This document shows, in pieces, positions 16,606-25,389 of a stretch of 28,150 bases of DNA (position 1 is the first letter of the stretch; each line of letters opens with the position of its first letter). This DNA is from Candidatus Aminicenantes bacterium (GTDB lineage Bacteria > Acidobacteriota > Aminicenantia > Aminicenantales > Aminicenantaceae), in the NCBI GenBank assembly GCA_030633795.1, contig DAOWCB010000001.1, forward strand, positions 1 through 28,150. The letters are read 5' to 3'. The notes beneath the pieces are model-generated. The model was given only the letters and a program-made list of their open reading frames with translations, was not told the DNA's origin and made no database searches. The translations under genes and the position numbers were made by a program.

Positions 16606-16727
16606 CTGGAATATCTACTGGTTTAGATCGTTGTAGCGGTAAGGAAGTAGCCCATGAGTTGTATTTTTATACTACGATTGGGTTACGACGAAACCGATGC
16701 AGTGAGATTAGCCAGTAGATGTTCCAG
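16606..16727 (+). ncRNA. Putative rod-like structured RNA (122 nt) filling the gap between the convergent TPR and ahcY genes; family unknown
   Basis: About 46 bp by eye: an 18-bp terminal stem, then stems of 4, 10, 8 and 6 bp. Seven G-U pairs, all valid only in the + strand reading. Confidence 0.55.
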
Positions 16728-16728
16728 A

Positions 16729-17985
16729 TTAGGTGCCTTCTTGCCAGGCTGACAGATAAGCCTTCTGCTCTCCTGTTAATTTATCTATATTGATCCCCAT
16801 AGATTTCAATTTCATTCTTGCGATCGCTTCATCAATCGTGGATGGAACGGGATAGACTGCATTTTGTAGTTTTTTGCTCTTATGACAAAGGTATCGAGCG
16901 CTCAGTGCCTGATTGGCAAAACTCATATCCATCACAACCGCAGGATGTCCCTCAGCCGCAGCAAGGTTGATAAGCCTTCCCTCTCCTAGCAGGAATATCT
17001 TCCTCCCATTCTTCAGCGTATATTCTTCGACAAAATCCCTGATCGTTCTCTTTTTTTTGCTCAGACTCTTTAGTTCAGGAATGTCGATCTCCACATTAAA
17101 ATGGCCGGAGTTGGCCACGATGGCGCCGTCCTTCATCTTGGAAAAATGCTCTCTTGTGATTACACTTTTGTCTCCAGTTACGGTTACAAAAACATCTCCG
17201 ATATTTGCCGCATCCTTCAAGGACATTACTTGAAAACCATCCATGACAGCCTCAAGGGCACGTAGAGGATCAACCTCACATACGATCACTTTTGCGCCCG
17301 AGCCGCTTGCTCTCATGGCAACACCGCGACCGCACCATCCATACCCGGCTACGACAAAATTCAATCCAGCTATCAAAATATTTGTTGCTCTCAATATCCC
17401 ATCGATTGTACTCTGGCCTGTGCCGTATCGATTATCAAACAAATGTTTTGTTTTCGCATCGTTAACAGCGATGATAGGGTAATGAAGCACTTTTGCTTTG
17501 GCCATGCTTTTTAGCCGGATCACACCTGTAGTGGTCTCCTCTGTGCCTCCAATGATTTCGGGAATCAATTCTTTCCGCTTGGAATGAATGGCACAGACAA
17601 GGTCTGCTCCATCGTCCATCGTGATATGGGGAGAATTTTCCAAACTCTGGTTGATGTGTTTGTAGTAGGTTTTGTTATCTTCTCCCTTGATCGCAAACAC
17701 GGGAATCCCATAATGTTTCACAAGAGCTGCTGCCACGTCATCCTGTGTGCTTAAAGGATTAGATGCTGTTAGTCTCACATCTGCCCCTCCCAGTTTGAGA
17801 ACTTCCATAAGATTACCCGTTTCGCTTGTGACATGAAGACAGGCTGCCATTCTGATCCCCTTAAGGGGTTTTTCCCTTTTGAACTTCTGTTTTATATGGC
17901 CGAGAACGGGCATAAATCTTCCCGCCCATTCCATCCGGAGTTTTCCTTTTTTCGCCAAATCCAGATCTTTTACATCATAATCCAA
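16729..17985 (-). CDS. ahcY: Adenosylhomocysteinase (SAH hydrolase)
   Basis: [38 protein letters not shown] and [13 protein letters not shown]; TTG start behind a strong AAAGGAGGAG SD. Confidence 0.96.
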   Translation of the reverse strand: MDYDVKDLDLAKKGKLRMEWAGRFMPVLGHIKQKFKREKPLKGIRMAACLHVTSETGNLMEVLKLGGADVRLTASNPLSTQDDVAAALVKHYGIPVFAIKGEDNKTYYKHINQSLENSPHITMDDGADLVCAIHSKRKELIPEIIGGTEETTTGVIRLKSMAKAKVLHYPIIAVNDAKTKHLFDNRYGTGQSTIDGILRATNILIAGLNFVVAGYGWCGRGVAMRASGSGAKVIVCEVDPLRALEAVMDGFQVMSLKDAANIGDVFVTVTGDKSVITREHFSKMKDGAIVANSGHFNVEIDIPELKSLSKKKRTIRDFVEEYTLKNGRKIFLLGEGRLINLAAAEGHPAVVMDMSFANQALSARYLCHKSKKLQNAVYPVPSTIDEAIARMKLKSMGINIDKLTGEQKAYLSAWQEGT

Positions 17986-18000
17986 TTTCTCCTCCTTTGA

Positions 18001-19167
18001 TTAGAGTCCAGCCTCACTTCTCAACACGTCTGCCTTATCGGTTTTTTCCCAGGTGAATTCGTCCTCACTTCGACCGAAATGCCCATAACAGGCAGTCTTT
18101 CGGTAAATCGGTCTGAGGAGATCAAGAGAATGAATCATCTTTTTGGGAGTCAATTCAAAATGAGCACGAATCAGGTCTTTGATCCTGTCCTCCGGAATTT
18201 TCGCCGTCCCGAATGTATCGACCAATATGGATACGGGTTGGGCAACACCGATGGCATAGGCGATCTGTACTTCCAATCTATCCGCAATCCCAGCAGCGAC
18301 TGTGTTTTTAGCGATATAGCGAGCCATGTATGATCCAGACCGATCGACTTTGGAAGGATCTTTTCCCGAAAAACAACCTCCACCATGACTCCCCACACCA
18401 CCATAGGTATCCACGATGATCTTTCGGCCTGTAAGCCCCGTGTCTGCCAGCGGCCCTCCCTGCTCAAATCGGCCAGTCCCATTGATGAATATTTTGCTGT
18501 TGTCATCCAACATCTCAGGAGGAAAGACCTCTTTCACTACGACATCATTGATATCCTCACGCAAGTCACTCATCTGGATTTCGGGGTGATGTTGGGCGGC
18601 AATGACCACAGCATCGATTCTTCTGGGAATATCTCCTTCATACTCGATAGTAACCTGAGACTTGCCATCCGGCCTCAAGTACTCCAGCACGCCCTCTTTC
18701 CGAACTTGAGCAAGCCGCCTGACTAATTTGTGGGCCATCATAATAGGCATGGGCATCAATTCTTCGGTCTCTCGGCAAGCATAACCAAACATAAGCCCTT
18801 GATCTCCTGCTCCCTGTTCATGGTCATCCGCCTCATCCACTCCCTTGGCTATATCGAGAGATTGTTCGTGAATGGATGAAATAACCGCACATGTTTTAAA
18901 ATCAAAACCATACCGTGCATCTGTATAGCCCAATCTTCGAACTGTATCCCTCACGATCTTTTGGAATTCACAATATCCTCCACTGGATATTTCTCCCGCG
19001 ATAAAAACCAGTCCCGTGGTTACGAGTGTTTCACAAGCAACTCTACTTTTAGGATCCTGGCCGATCAGATCATCGAGTATCGAGTCAGATATTTGGTCAC
19101 AAATCTTATCCGGGTGTCCTTCTGTAACGGATTCAGATGTAAAAAAATGTTTTCCTTGTTTGCTCAT
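18001..19167 (-). CDS. metK: S-adenosylmethionine synthetase (388 aa)
   Basis: [39 protein letters not shown] and [16 protein letters not shown]; start reassigned to ATG 19167 (AAGGAGG SD). Confidence 0.97.
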   Translation of the reverse strand: MSKQGKHFFTSESVTEGHPDKICDQISDSILDDLIGQDPKSRVACETLVTTGLVFIAGEISSGGYCEFQKIVRDTVRRLGYTDARYGFDFKTCAVISSIHEQSLDIAKGVDEADDHEQGAGDQGLMFGYACRETEELMPMPIMMAHKLVRRLAQVRKEGVLEYLRPDGKSQVTIEYEGDIPRRIDAVVIAAQHHPEIQMSDLREDINDVVVKEVFPPEMLDDNSKIFINGTGRFEQGGPLADTGLTGRKIIVDTYGGVGSHGGGCFSGKDPSKVDRSGSYMARYIAKNTVAAGIADRLEVQIAYAIGVAQPVSILVDTFGTAKIPEDRIKDLIRAHFELTPKKMIHSLDLLRPIYRKTACYGHFGRSEDEFTWEKTDKADVLRSEAGL

Positions 19168-19215
19168 AGTTAACCTCCTTTGCGAGAGGATCACATTAAG
19201 AAGAAAGACATAATA

Positions 19216-19242
19216 ATTATCATAATTTTGGACTCTTTTCAA
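19216..19242 (-). promoter_or_regulatory. Candidate promoter for metK-ahcY
   Basis: TTGAAA (19242-19237) followed by TATGAT at 12 nt or GATAAT at 15 nt; non-canonical spacing. Confidence 0.35.
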
Positions 19243-19336
19243 TTCCTTTATTCATTACATCTACTCGAGCGTCCATCATTTCTGACTCGGGGATCGCTCA
19301 GGATTCAGGCAAACTTACGAGGATCGGCATTTGAAT

Positions 19337-19366
19337 TTGAATTCTTGTTTGTGTTATTTTTATGAT
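19337..19366 (+). promoter_or_regulatory. Candidate sigma70 promoter for the M16-M16-FTCD operon
   Basis: TTGAAT-N18-TATGAT, 26 nt upstream of the ATG at 19393. Confidence 0.4.
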
Positions 19367-19392
19367 TCTCAGGTTTACTCTAGTTTAAAAAG

Positions 19393-20724
19393 ATGTTTAG
19401 AATAACGAAAACTTATCTTGTCCTCATTTTTATTCTTTTTATTGGGCTATCAAGCTGGGCAGGGCAGCAAACCGAGGAACTTCCGTTTCCGATAAAACAG
19501 GTCACATTAAAAAACGGTTTAAGGATCATTCTTTCCGAAGATTATTCTTTGCCGATCGTTTCCGTTGTTGTGGCTTACAAAGTTGGATCCATCAACGAAG
19601 ATCCTGACAAAACAGGATTGGCCCATCTTTTGGAAAACTTGATGTTTCAGGGATCCAGAAATGTCGGCCAGATGCAGCATTACAGTTTCATCCAGAAGAT
19701 TGGAGGGAGACTGAATGCCATCACCACGGGTGATAAGACTATTTTTTACCAAACCGTTCCCTCGAACCAATTGGCGTTAGTGTTGTGGTTGGAATCCGAC
19801 AGGATGAAAACCCTCGATATCAATCCCTCCAATGTGGAAAATATCAAAAACCAGCTCATCGAAGACATCCGGCTGCAAAAAGAATCCGATCCTTATCTTG
19901 AAAATTCATGGTATTTTGATCGACTTTTGTTTCCAGGTTTTGCCTACAGCCACCCTGTTCTCGGAACAATATCGGATATTAGCAAAATCACCACAAAAGA
20001 TGTCCTTGAATTTTTCACAACCTATTACACGCCGAATAATGCTGTCCTTACAATCGTAGGACACATCGACGAACAAAAGGTTATCCAGCTGGTCCAAAGA
20101 TATTTTTCGACCATCCCCATGAGAGCCTCTCCTCCTCCGCTTGATTTGGAAGATCTGCCAAAGATAGATAACGTAGATCTAACGATAAAGAATCCGATGG
20201 CTTCTTCGCCTGGATTTTATTTAGGATACCAATTGGCTCCTCGTTATACTGACGACCACTACCGCCTAGTGATAACGGAATACGCTTTGTTGAAAGGCCG
20301 TACGTCCCGGATGTTTAAGAGGCTTTTTGAAAAGGATAAAACAGCAATCTATATGAGTGGAGGAATTGAAACGAGGAAGGATCAATCTGTTCTCAAGATG
20401 TTTGTTAGAGCAAATAATAAAATCACAAACGAGCGCAACCAGCGGGCTGTGTTTGCAGAAATCAACAAAATCAAGACGACTTTTATTACCGAAGAGGAGC
20501 TGCAAAAAACAAAAAATATGTTCAAAATGGATTATCTCAAGCAATTCGCAACGGTTCTCGATAAGGCCATTTTTCTTACGGAAGAACTACTGAGCAGGGG
20601 AAGTTTCACTCAGTGGCTGGATGAACTCGGCAGGTATCTGGCTGTCTCCCATTATGATGTAAGCCGGATGGCCAACAAATATTTCAAAGAAGATAAAATC
20701 TTAATCAAAATCGAAAAACAATGA
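19393..20724 (+). CDS. Secreted M16B (pitrilysin/MPP-like) family protein, catalytic-type subunit with a degenerate zinc motif
   Basis: Signal peptide; LKNGLRIIL, VGSINED, GLAHLLENLMFQGS (HxxEN instead of HxxEH), LNAITT, LWLESDRM, YSHPVLG and YYTPNNAVLTIVG. Confidence 0.88.
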   Translation: MFRITKTYLVLIFILFIGLSSWAGQQTEELPFPIKQVTLKNGLRIILSEDYSLPIVSVVVAYKVGSINEDPDKTGLAHLLENLMFQGSRNVGQMQHYSFIQKIGGRLNAITTGDKTIFYQTVPSNQLALVLWLESDRMKTLDINPSNVENIKNQLIEDIRLQKESDPYLENSWYFDRLLFPGFAYSHPVLGTISDISKITTKDVLEFFTTYYTPNNAVLTIVGHIDEQKVIQLVQRYFSTIPMRASPPPLDLEDLPKIDNVDLTIKNPMASSPGFYLGYQLAPRYTDDHYRLVITEYALLKGRTSRMFKRLFEKDKTAIYMSGGIETRKDQSVLKMFVRANNKITNERNQRAVFAEINKIKTTFITEEELQKTKNMFKMDYLKQFATVLDKAIFLTEELLSRGSFTQWLDELGRYLAVSHYDVSRMANKYFKEDKILIKIEKQ

Positions 20725-22190
20725 GAATCAAACTAAAATTGGGATACCACCACTTGTTTTTTTTCTCCCTTTTCTCACTCTTTCTTATACAGCCCCTTCC
20801 CCTAGGCTCACAGGAAAGGTTCCGGAGGTCTCCTCCTCTGCCTGAACCCGTTCCCGAATTATCCCTGCCTTTGGTAGAAACCCACACCCTGACCAATGGC
20901 CTGGAAATTGCCGTCGTCCGCAGACAGGATAAACCTGTCATCAGCATGAGACTGATCATCATGGCAGGTGAAAGTTCATCCCCAGATAATATCCCTGGAA
21001 TCGCCACGCTGTGTGGCCGAATGATCACAAAGGGTTCGGTGAATTTACGTGCGGAGGAGATTGAAAAAAAAATCGAATCCCTCGGGGGGAGCATTACGAT
21101 TGAAACCCATCCGGATTACACCGAATTCATTTTTTCTTTCCTCGGAGAATACCTGGAGGCTGCTATGCGGCTACTCGGTGAGACCCTCCTGCGTCCTACT
21201 TTTCCGCGTCTCGAGATTGGCAACGTCCAAAGATCGATGTTTTATGACCTGGCCATCCAAAACAACAATCCGGAATTTATTGCCAGAAGATTGTTGTATC
21301 AGGTTTTATTCGAGTCGCATCCCTACAGAAAAATCATATTCGATCAGGGAGGGATCAAAAATTTGAGCCGGAGGGATATCATTTCATTTTATTCCCGATA
21401 TTACCGCCCGAACAACGCTAAGCTTGTTTTGATCGGAAATCTCAATCTTGAGATGGCTTCAAGAACGGTGAGCCGATATTTGAGCCCATGGGAAAAACAA
21501 GAAATAGAACACCCCTTTGTTCCGCTTCTTAATCCACGGGAAAAAATAAAGGTATGTTTTGTCGATCTTCCTCAAGCTAAGGATGCCACTATCTACCTAG
21601 GCAACATCGTTTTTCCTATCACGAGCCAGGATTATTTCCCGTTCACTGTTTTTAACCAAGTTATCGGAGGGACCACGAACAGCAGGCTGTTTATGCACCT
21701 CCGAGAGTCCAAAGCCTATGCCTACTATGCTTTCAGCGAAATGCGGTATTTTAGAAGCTGTGGAATCTTTTTGATAAGAACAAAAGTTTTGACTGATTTC
21801 AGCTATGATGCCATTCAAGAAATTTTAAAAGAAATAAACGATTTGAGAAATATTCCAATCCCAAGTCAAGAGATCGAACAGGCAAAATCTTATCTGATCG
21901 GAAATTTCCCGTTGATAATTGAAACGTATGACGATCTATCAGGAAAACTTTCAGAAATTCAGGCGTTTGGTCTGGGCAGAGATCATTGGGAAAGGTATTA
22001 TTCGAATATTATACGTATCAATTCAGAAACGGTATCACAGATGGGACAAAAATATTCTCTTCATACTCCCGTCATCGTGATCGTTGGAAATAATGAAATC
22101 ATGAAATATCTGAAAGAATTTGCACTTGTCGGTGTTTATAGCCCCGATGGAAAATTGCGCTATGAAATAACAAAAGGAGAGAAGGAATGA
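20721..22190 (+). CDS. Secreted M16B family protein, non-catalytic-type subunit
   Basis: Signal peptide; Pro-rich PPLPEPVP; LTNGLEI; GIATLCGRMITKGS (no HxxEH); YYRPNNAKLVLIG; SRLFMHLRESKAYAY (conserved R/Y). Confidence 0.88.
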   Translation: MRIKLKLGYHHLFFFSLFSLFLIQPLPLGSQERFRRSPPLPEPVPELSLPLVETHTLTNGLEIAVVRRQDKPVISMRLIIMAGESSSPDNIPGIATLCGRMITKGSVNLRAEEIEKKIESLGGSITIETHPDYTEFIFSFLGEYLEAAMRLLGETLLRPTFPRLEIGNVQRSMFYDLAIQNNNPEFIARRLLYQVLFESHPYRKIIFDQGGIKNLSRRDIISFYSRYYRPNNAKLVLIGNLNLEMASRTVSRYLSPWEKQEIEHPFVPLLNPREKIKVCFVDLPQAKDATIYLGNIVFPITSQDYFPFTVFNQVIGGTTNSRLFMHLRESKAYAYYAFSEMRYFRSCGIFLIRTKVLTDFSYDAIQEILKEINDLRNIPIPSQEIEQAKSYLIGNFPLIIETYDDLSGKLSEIQAFGLGRDHWERYYSNIIRINSETVSQMGQKYSLHTPVIVIVGNNEIMKYLKEFALVGVYSPDGKLRYEITKGEKE

Positions 22191-23857
22191 AACTCGTGGA
22201 ATGCGTACCCAATTTTAGCGAAGGAAGAGATCTTGAAAAGATCAAGGCTATCACAAAAGAAATCGAATCCGTTCCCCAAGTGACGCTCCTCGATGTAGAT
22301 CCTGGGGAGTCGACAAACCGGACCGTTGTCACTTTTATCGGTACACCAGAAGGTGTCAAGGAAGCAGCTTTCCGAGCGATCAAAAAAGCGGCCGAAGTGT
22401 TGGACATGAGCAAACATCAGGGAGCACACAGTCGTATAGGCGCAACAGATGTCTGCCCGTTTGTTCCGGTCTCTGGAGTGACGATGGAAAACTGTATCCA
22501 GATAGCCCACGATGTGGCCAAAAGAGTTGCGGAGGAGCTGGAGATCCCGGTTTACCTATATGAAGAGGCGGCTCAAAAACCGGTAAGAAAGAATCTGGCA
22601 AATATCCGAGTCGGCGAATATGAAGGATTAGCGGAAAGGCTGAAGGACCCCGAGTGGGCACCAGATTACGGAAAACCCATATTCAATTCCAAGACAGGAG
22701 CAACAAATATCGGCGCTCGAGAATTTCTGATCGCCTACAATATCAATTTAAACACGCGAGACCGGTCGCTTGCCAGACATATAGCCTTCAATCTTCGGGA
22801 AAAAGGGAAAGCCAAGAGAGACAAAGAAGGGAAGATTATGCGAGATAAAAACGGAAAATCCATAAAAATTCCTGGGAAATTCAAGGCAGTCAAAGCAGTG
22901 GGTTGGTTTATCGAAGACTACAATATTGCCCAAATATCCATCAATTTTACAAATTACAAAATTTCTCCTCCCCACCTGGTGTTCGACGAAGCAATAAAAG
23001 AGGCTGAAGCCATAGGCATTCGAGTGACGGGAAGCGAACTGGTAGGGTTGATTCCCAAAGAGGCCATGCTCATGGCAGGTATGCACTATCTGAAAAAGCA
23101 GGGCAAGAGCCCGGGTGTTCCAGAAGAAGAACTGATTGATATCGCCGTGAAATCTTTGGGACTGGAGGATGTCTCCCCGTTTGACGAGAAAAAAAAGATC
23201 ATCGAATATCAGTTCAAAGAGGTGGAAGATCCTTTGATCGACAAGAATCTCCGTCAATTTGTCAATGAGTTGTCCATGGACTCCCCAGCACCCGGGGGAG
23301 GAAGCACGGCCGCGTTATGCGGGGCTCTCTCATCGGCCCTCACATCCATGGTATCCAACCTCACTGTAGGAAAAAAAGAGTATGAGACTGTCCAGAAAAA
23401 AGTCGTAGAACTAGCCGTGGCAGCCCAAGATCTCAAGGATGTATTCCTGAGAGCGGTAGACCTCGACACCGTAGCATTCAACAAGGTGATGGACACGTTT
23501 CGGATGAGGAAAAAGACAGAAGAACAAAAAAAAGAAAGGGATGTGGCCATTCAGGAAGCGACCAAAGAGGCGACTCTCGTGCCTTTGGATGTTTTGGAAA
23601 AAAGCATAAAGGCGCTAGAATTGGCCAAAGATATCGCCATACATGGGAATAAAAACTCCATCAGCGATGCAGGAGTTGCGGGATTGACAGCCCAAACTGC
23701 TGCAGAGGGAGCCTACTACAATGTTATCATCAATCTGCCCGATATCCAGGAAATAAAATTCACGACAGAAATCAAAGCAAAAGCAGAAGCTTTGAAAAGC
23801 GAAGCTATTAAGATCAGCGACGAAATCAGAAAGATCGTGGAAGAGGAACTGCAATAG
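22187..23857 (+). CDS. ftcd: Bifunctional glutamate formimidoyltransferase / formimidoyltetrahydrofolate cyclodeaminase
   Basis: LVECVPNFSEGR, NRTVVT, GAHSRIGATDVCPFVP and LIAYNINL in the transferase domain; SPAPGGGSTAAL and NSISDAGVA in the cyclodeaminase domain. Confidence 0.93.
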   Translation: MKLVECVPNFSEGRDLEKIKAITKEIESVPQVTLLDVDPGESTNRTVVTFIGTPEGVKEAAFRAIKKAAEVLDMSKHQGAHSRIGATDVCPFVPVSGVTMENCIQIAHDVAKRVAEELEIPVYLYEEAAQKPVRKNLANIRVGEYEGLAERLKDPEWAPDYGKPIFNSKTGATNIGAREFLIAYNINLNTRDRSLARHIAFNLREKGKAKRDKEGKIMRDKNGKSIKIPGKFKAVKAVGWFIEDYNIAQISINFTNYKISPPHLVFDEAIKEAEAIGIRVTGSELVGLIPKEAMLMAGMHYLKKQGKSPGVPEEELIDIAVKSLGLEDVSPFDEKKKIIEYQFKEVEDPLIDKNLRQFVNELSMDSPAPGGGSTAALCGALSSALTSMVSNLTVGKKEYETVQKKVVELAVAAQDLKDVFLRAVDLDTVAFNKVMDTFRMRKKTEEQKKERDVAIQEATKEATLVPLDVLEKSIKALELAKDIAIHGNKNSISDAGVAGLTAQTAAEGAYYNVIINLPDIQEIKFTTEIKAKAEALKSEAIKISDEIRKIVEEELQ

Positions 23858-23881
23858 ACAGGCTTCTTTCTCTCATGCAAG

Positions 23882-23912
23882 AAAACTTCGGGCATATGTT
23901 CCAAGAAGTTTT
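23882..23912. repeat. 8-15-8 inverted repeat between FTCD and the macro-domain promoter (terminator or operator candidate)
   Basis: AAAACTTC (23882-23889) and GAAGTTTT (23905-23912) form a perfect 8-bp inverted repeat. Confidence 0.4.
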
Positions 23913-23920
23913 GAACTGGC

Positions 23921-23950
23921 TGGACAAGTAATACAGGTTTTGTCTATAAT
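23921..23950 (+). promoter_or_regulatory. Candidate sigma70 promoter for the macro-domain gene
   Basis: TGGACA-N18-TATAAT. Confidence 0.5.
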
Positions 23951-23985
23951 GCCATTTCTTCAACAGTTTGCCTTTGAGGGGAAGA

Positions 23986-24519
23986 ATGTCTGAATGGACG
24001 ATTGAAGGGAGAAAGCTGAAACTTGTAGAGGGCAACATCGTTGCTCTCCATGTTGATGCCATCGTCAATGCCGCCAACAAATCCTTGATACTAGGTGGAG
24101 GTGTCGCTGGTGCTATCCGTAATTTTGGGGGACCCTCGATCCAGGAAGAATGCAATGCCATCGGCCCTATAGAAGTGGGGGAAGCTATCATAACGGGTGC
24201 AGGAAACCTTAACACCGATTACGTGATTCATGCGGCTGGGCCCGTCTACGGAGAGGGTGATGAAGATATCAAGCTAGCGAATGCCACATTGAATAGTCTC
24301 AAAATTGCCCAAAAAAAGAAAATCCAGAAAATCGCTTTCCCAGCCATAAGCACAGGTATTTTTCATTTCCCGATCAAAAGATGCGCCGAGATCATGATGA
24401 AAGTAACCATGGATTTCCTTAGGAAAAACAAACATCCGGAGGAGATCATTCTGTGTTTATATGGGGAAAGAGCATACTCGATATTTCAAGGGACATTCGA
24501 AAGGATGACCGGACAGTAA
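23986..24519 (+). CDS. Macro-domain protein (MacroD/YmdB-like ADP-ribose-binding hydrolase, 177 aa)
   Basis: GNIV, DAIVNAAN, GGGVAGAI, VIHAAGP and IAFPAISTGIF; start at ATG 23986 after GAGGGG. Confidence 0.9.
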   Translation: MSEWTIEGRKLKLVEGNIVALHVDAIVNAANKSLILGGGVAGAIRNFGGPSIQEECNAIGPIEVGEAIITGAGNLNTDYVIHAAGPVYGEGDEDIKLANATLNSLKIAQKKKIQKIAFPAISTGIFHFPIKRCAEIMMKVTMDFLRKNKHPEEIILCLYGERAYSIFQGTFERMTGQ

Positions 24520-24531
24520 TGGCCTTTCCTT

Positions 24532-25335
24532 TCACCCTCGGGCGCGTCTGAACACAAAAAGGATTCCAAATGCCAAGAATGAAAGAAGGACGATACTGCC
24601 CGAAGCTGGCAAATCCAAAAGAAAAGCTAGCACTAGCCCTAAAACAACGGATGTAATGGAAATGCAAGTGGAAAGGACTATAGCCTGCTTGAAACTGGAG
24701 GCAACCTGAAGACCTGCCGCAGCAGGAATGACCACAAGGGCTGAGACCAAAAGGATCCCGACCACTTTCATCCCCAGAACCACAGTGACAGCCGTCAGCA
24801 ATGTCAGAAGGCCGTCGAGCCGGTCAACCTTGATACCGGAAGCTTTGGCTGATTCTCTATCAAAGGTCATGTACATGAGTTTATGGTAATTCACGACGAT
24901 CAACAAAACCACGACAAAGGCCAGAACAATGGAAAACACGACTTCTGAAGGTTCAATGGCTAATATTTCGCCAAAAAGATAGGAGAATAAATCCACATTG
25001 AAGCTTTGGGAGAGGGTTGCCAACAAGATCCCCAAGGCAAACCCGACGCTGGAAAAAATGGCGATGGCAGTGTCGCCATGAAGTCCAGCCTTCACTTTTA
25101 GTTTCATTATGATCCATGATGCAACCACTGCCATGAAAAGCGCTACAGCCAAAGGCATCACGTTCAAAAAAAGGCCCAGGGCAACGCCGGCAAAAGCGAC
25201 ATGAGCCAAGCCATGCCCGATCATAGCGTCTCGTCTCAAAATCAGAAAAATGCCTAAAAGGCCACAAGCAATGGCAATGAAGATCCCTGTTAAAAAGGCC
25301 CTTTGGAAAAATCCATAAAGAAATAAAGCTTCCAT
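24532..25335 (-). CDS. znuB: Zn/Mn ABC transporter permease
   Basis: ABC-3 family motifs: GIFLILRRDAMIGHGLAHVAFAG, DLFSYLFG, FDRESAKASG and MKVVGILLVSALVVIPA. Confidence 0.88.
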   Translation of the reverse strand: MEALFLYGFFQRAFLTGIFIAIACGLLGIFLILRRDAMIGHGLAHVAFAGVALGLFLNVMPLAVALFMAVVASWIIMKLKVKAGLHGDTAIAIFSSVGFALGILLATLSQSFNVDLFSYLFGEILAIEPSEVVFSIVLAFVVVLLIVVNYHKLMYMTFDRESAKASGIKVDRLDGLLTLLTAVTVVLGMKVVGILLVSALVVIPAAAGLQVASSFKQAIVLSTCISITSVVLGLVLAFLLDLPASGSIVLLSFLAFGILFVFRRARG

Positions 25336-25389
25336 TTCCGTTAACTCATTTCCATCTTCCTATCCCAGATTGGACAGGCAAATATTTTT

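Noticed and set aside
16636-16654. SRP (4.5S) RNA suggested by GGTAAGGAAGTAGCC resembling GGAAGGAAGCAGCC
   Set aside because: The CAGG-CC half and the GNRA-capped helix 8 are missing, and the motif sits on the 5' arm rather than just after the apical loop.
16602-16731. Autonomous IS or classic MITE call for the 18-bp terminal inverted repeat
   Set aside because: No transposase, no direct target-site duplication (the flanks TAA/TTA are inverted stop codons) and no second copy in the window. It stays open only as an alternative explanation.
19243-19392. SAM or SAH riboswitch upstream of metK-ahcY, including the hairpin GAGCG-TCC...GGA-T-CGCTC at 19267-19299 and a SAM-V-like GGCATTTGAA
   Set aside because: No SAM-I, II, III or SAH core on the minus strand. 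The GGCATTTGAA is on the wrong strand, and the hairpin lies upstream of the likely metK promoter.
22801-22870. Short repeat-like insertion in FTCD (KRDKEGKIMRDKNGKSI)
   Set aside because: A lysine-rich loop at this position is, from my recollection, common in bacterial full-length FTCDs. There is no sign of an intein or mobile insertion.
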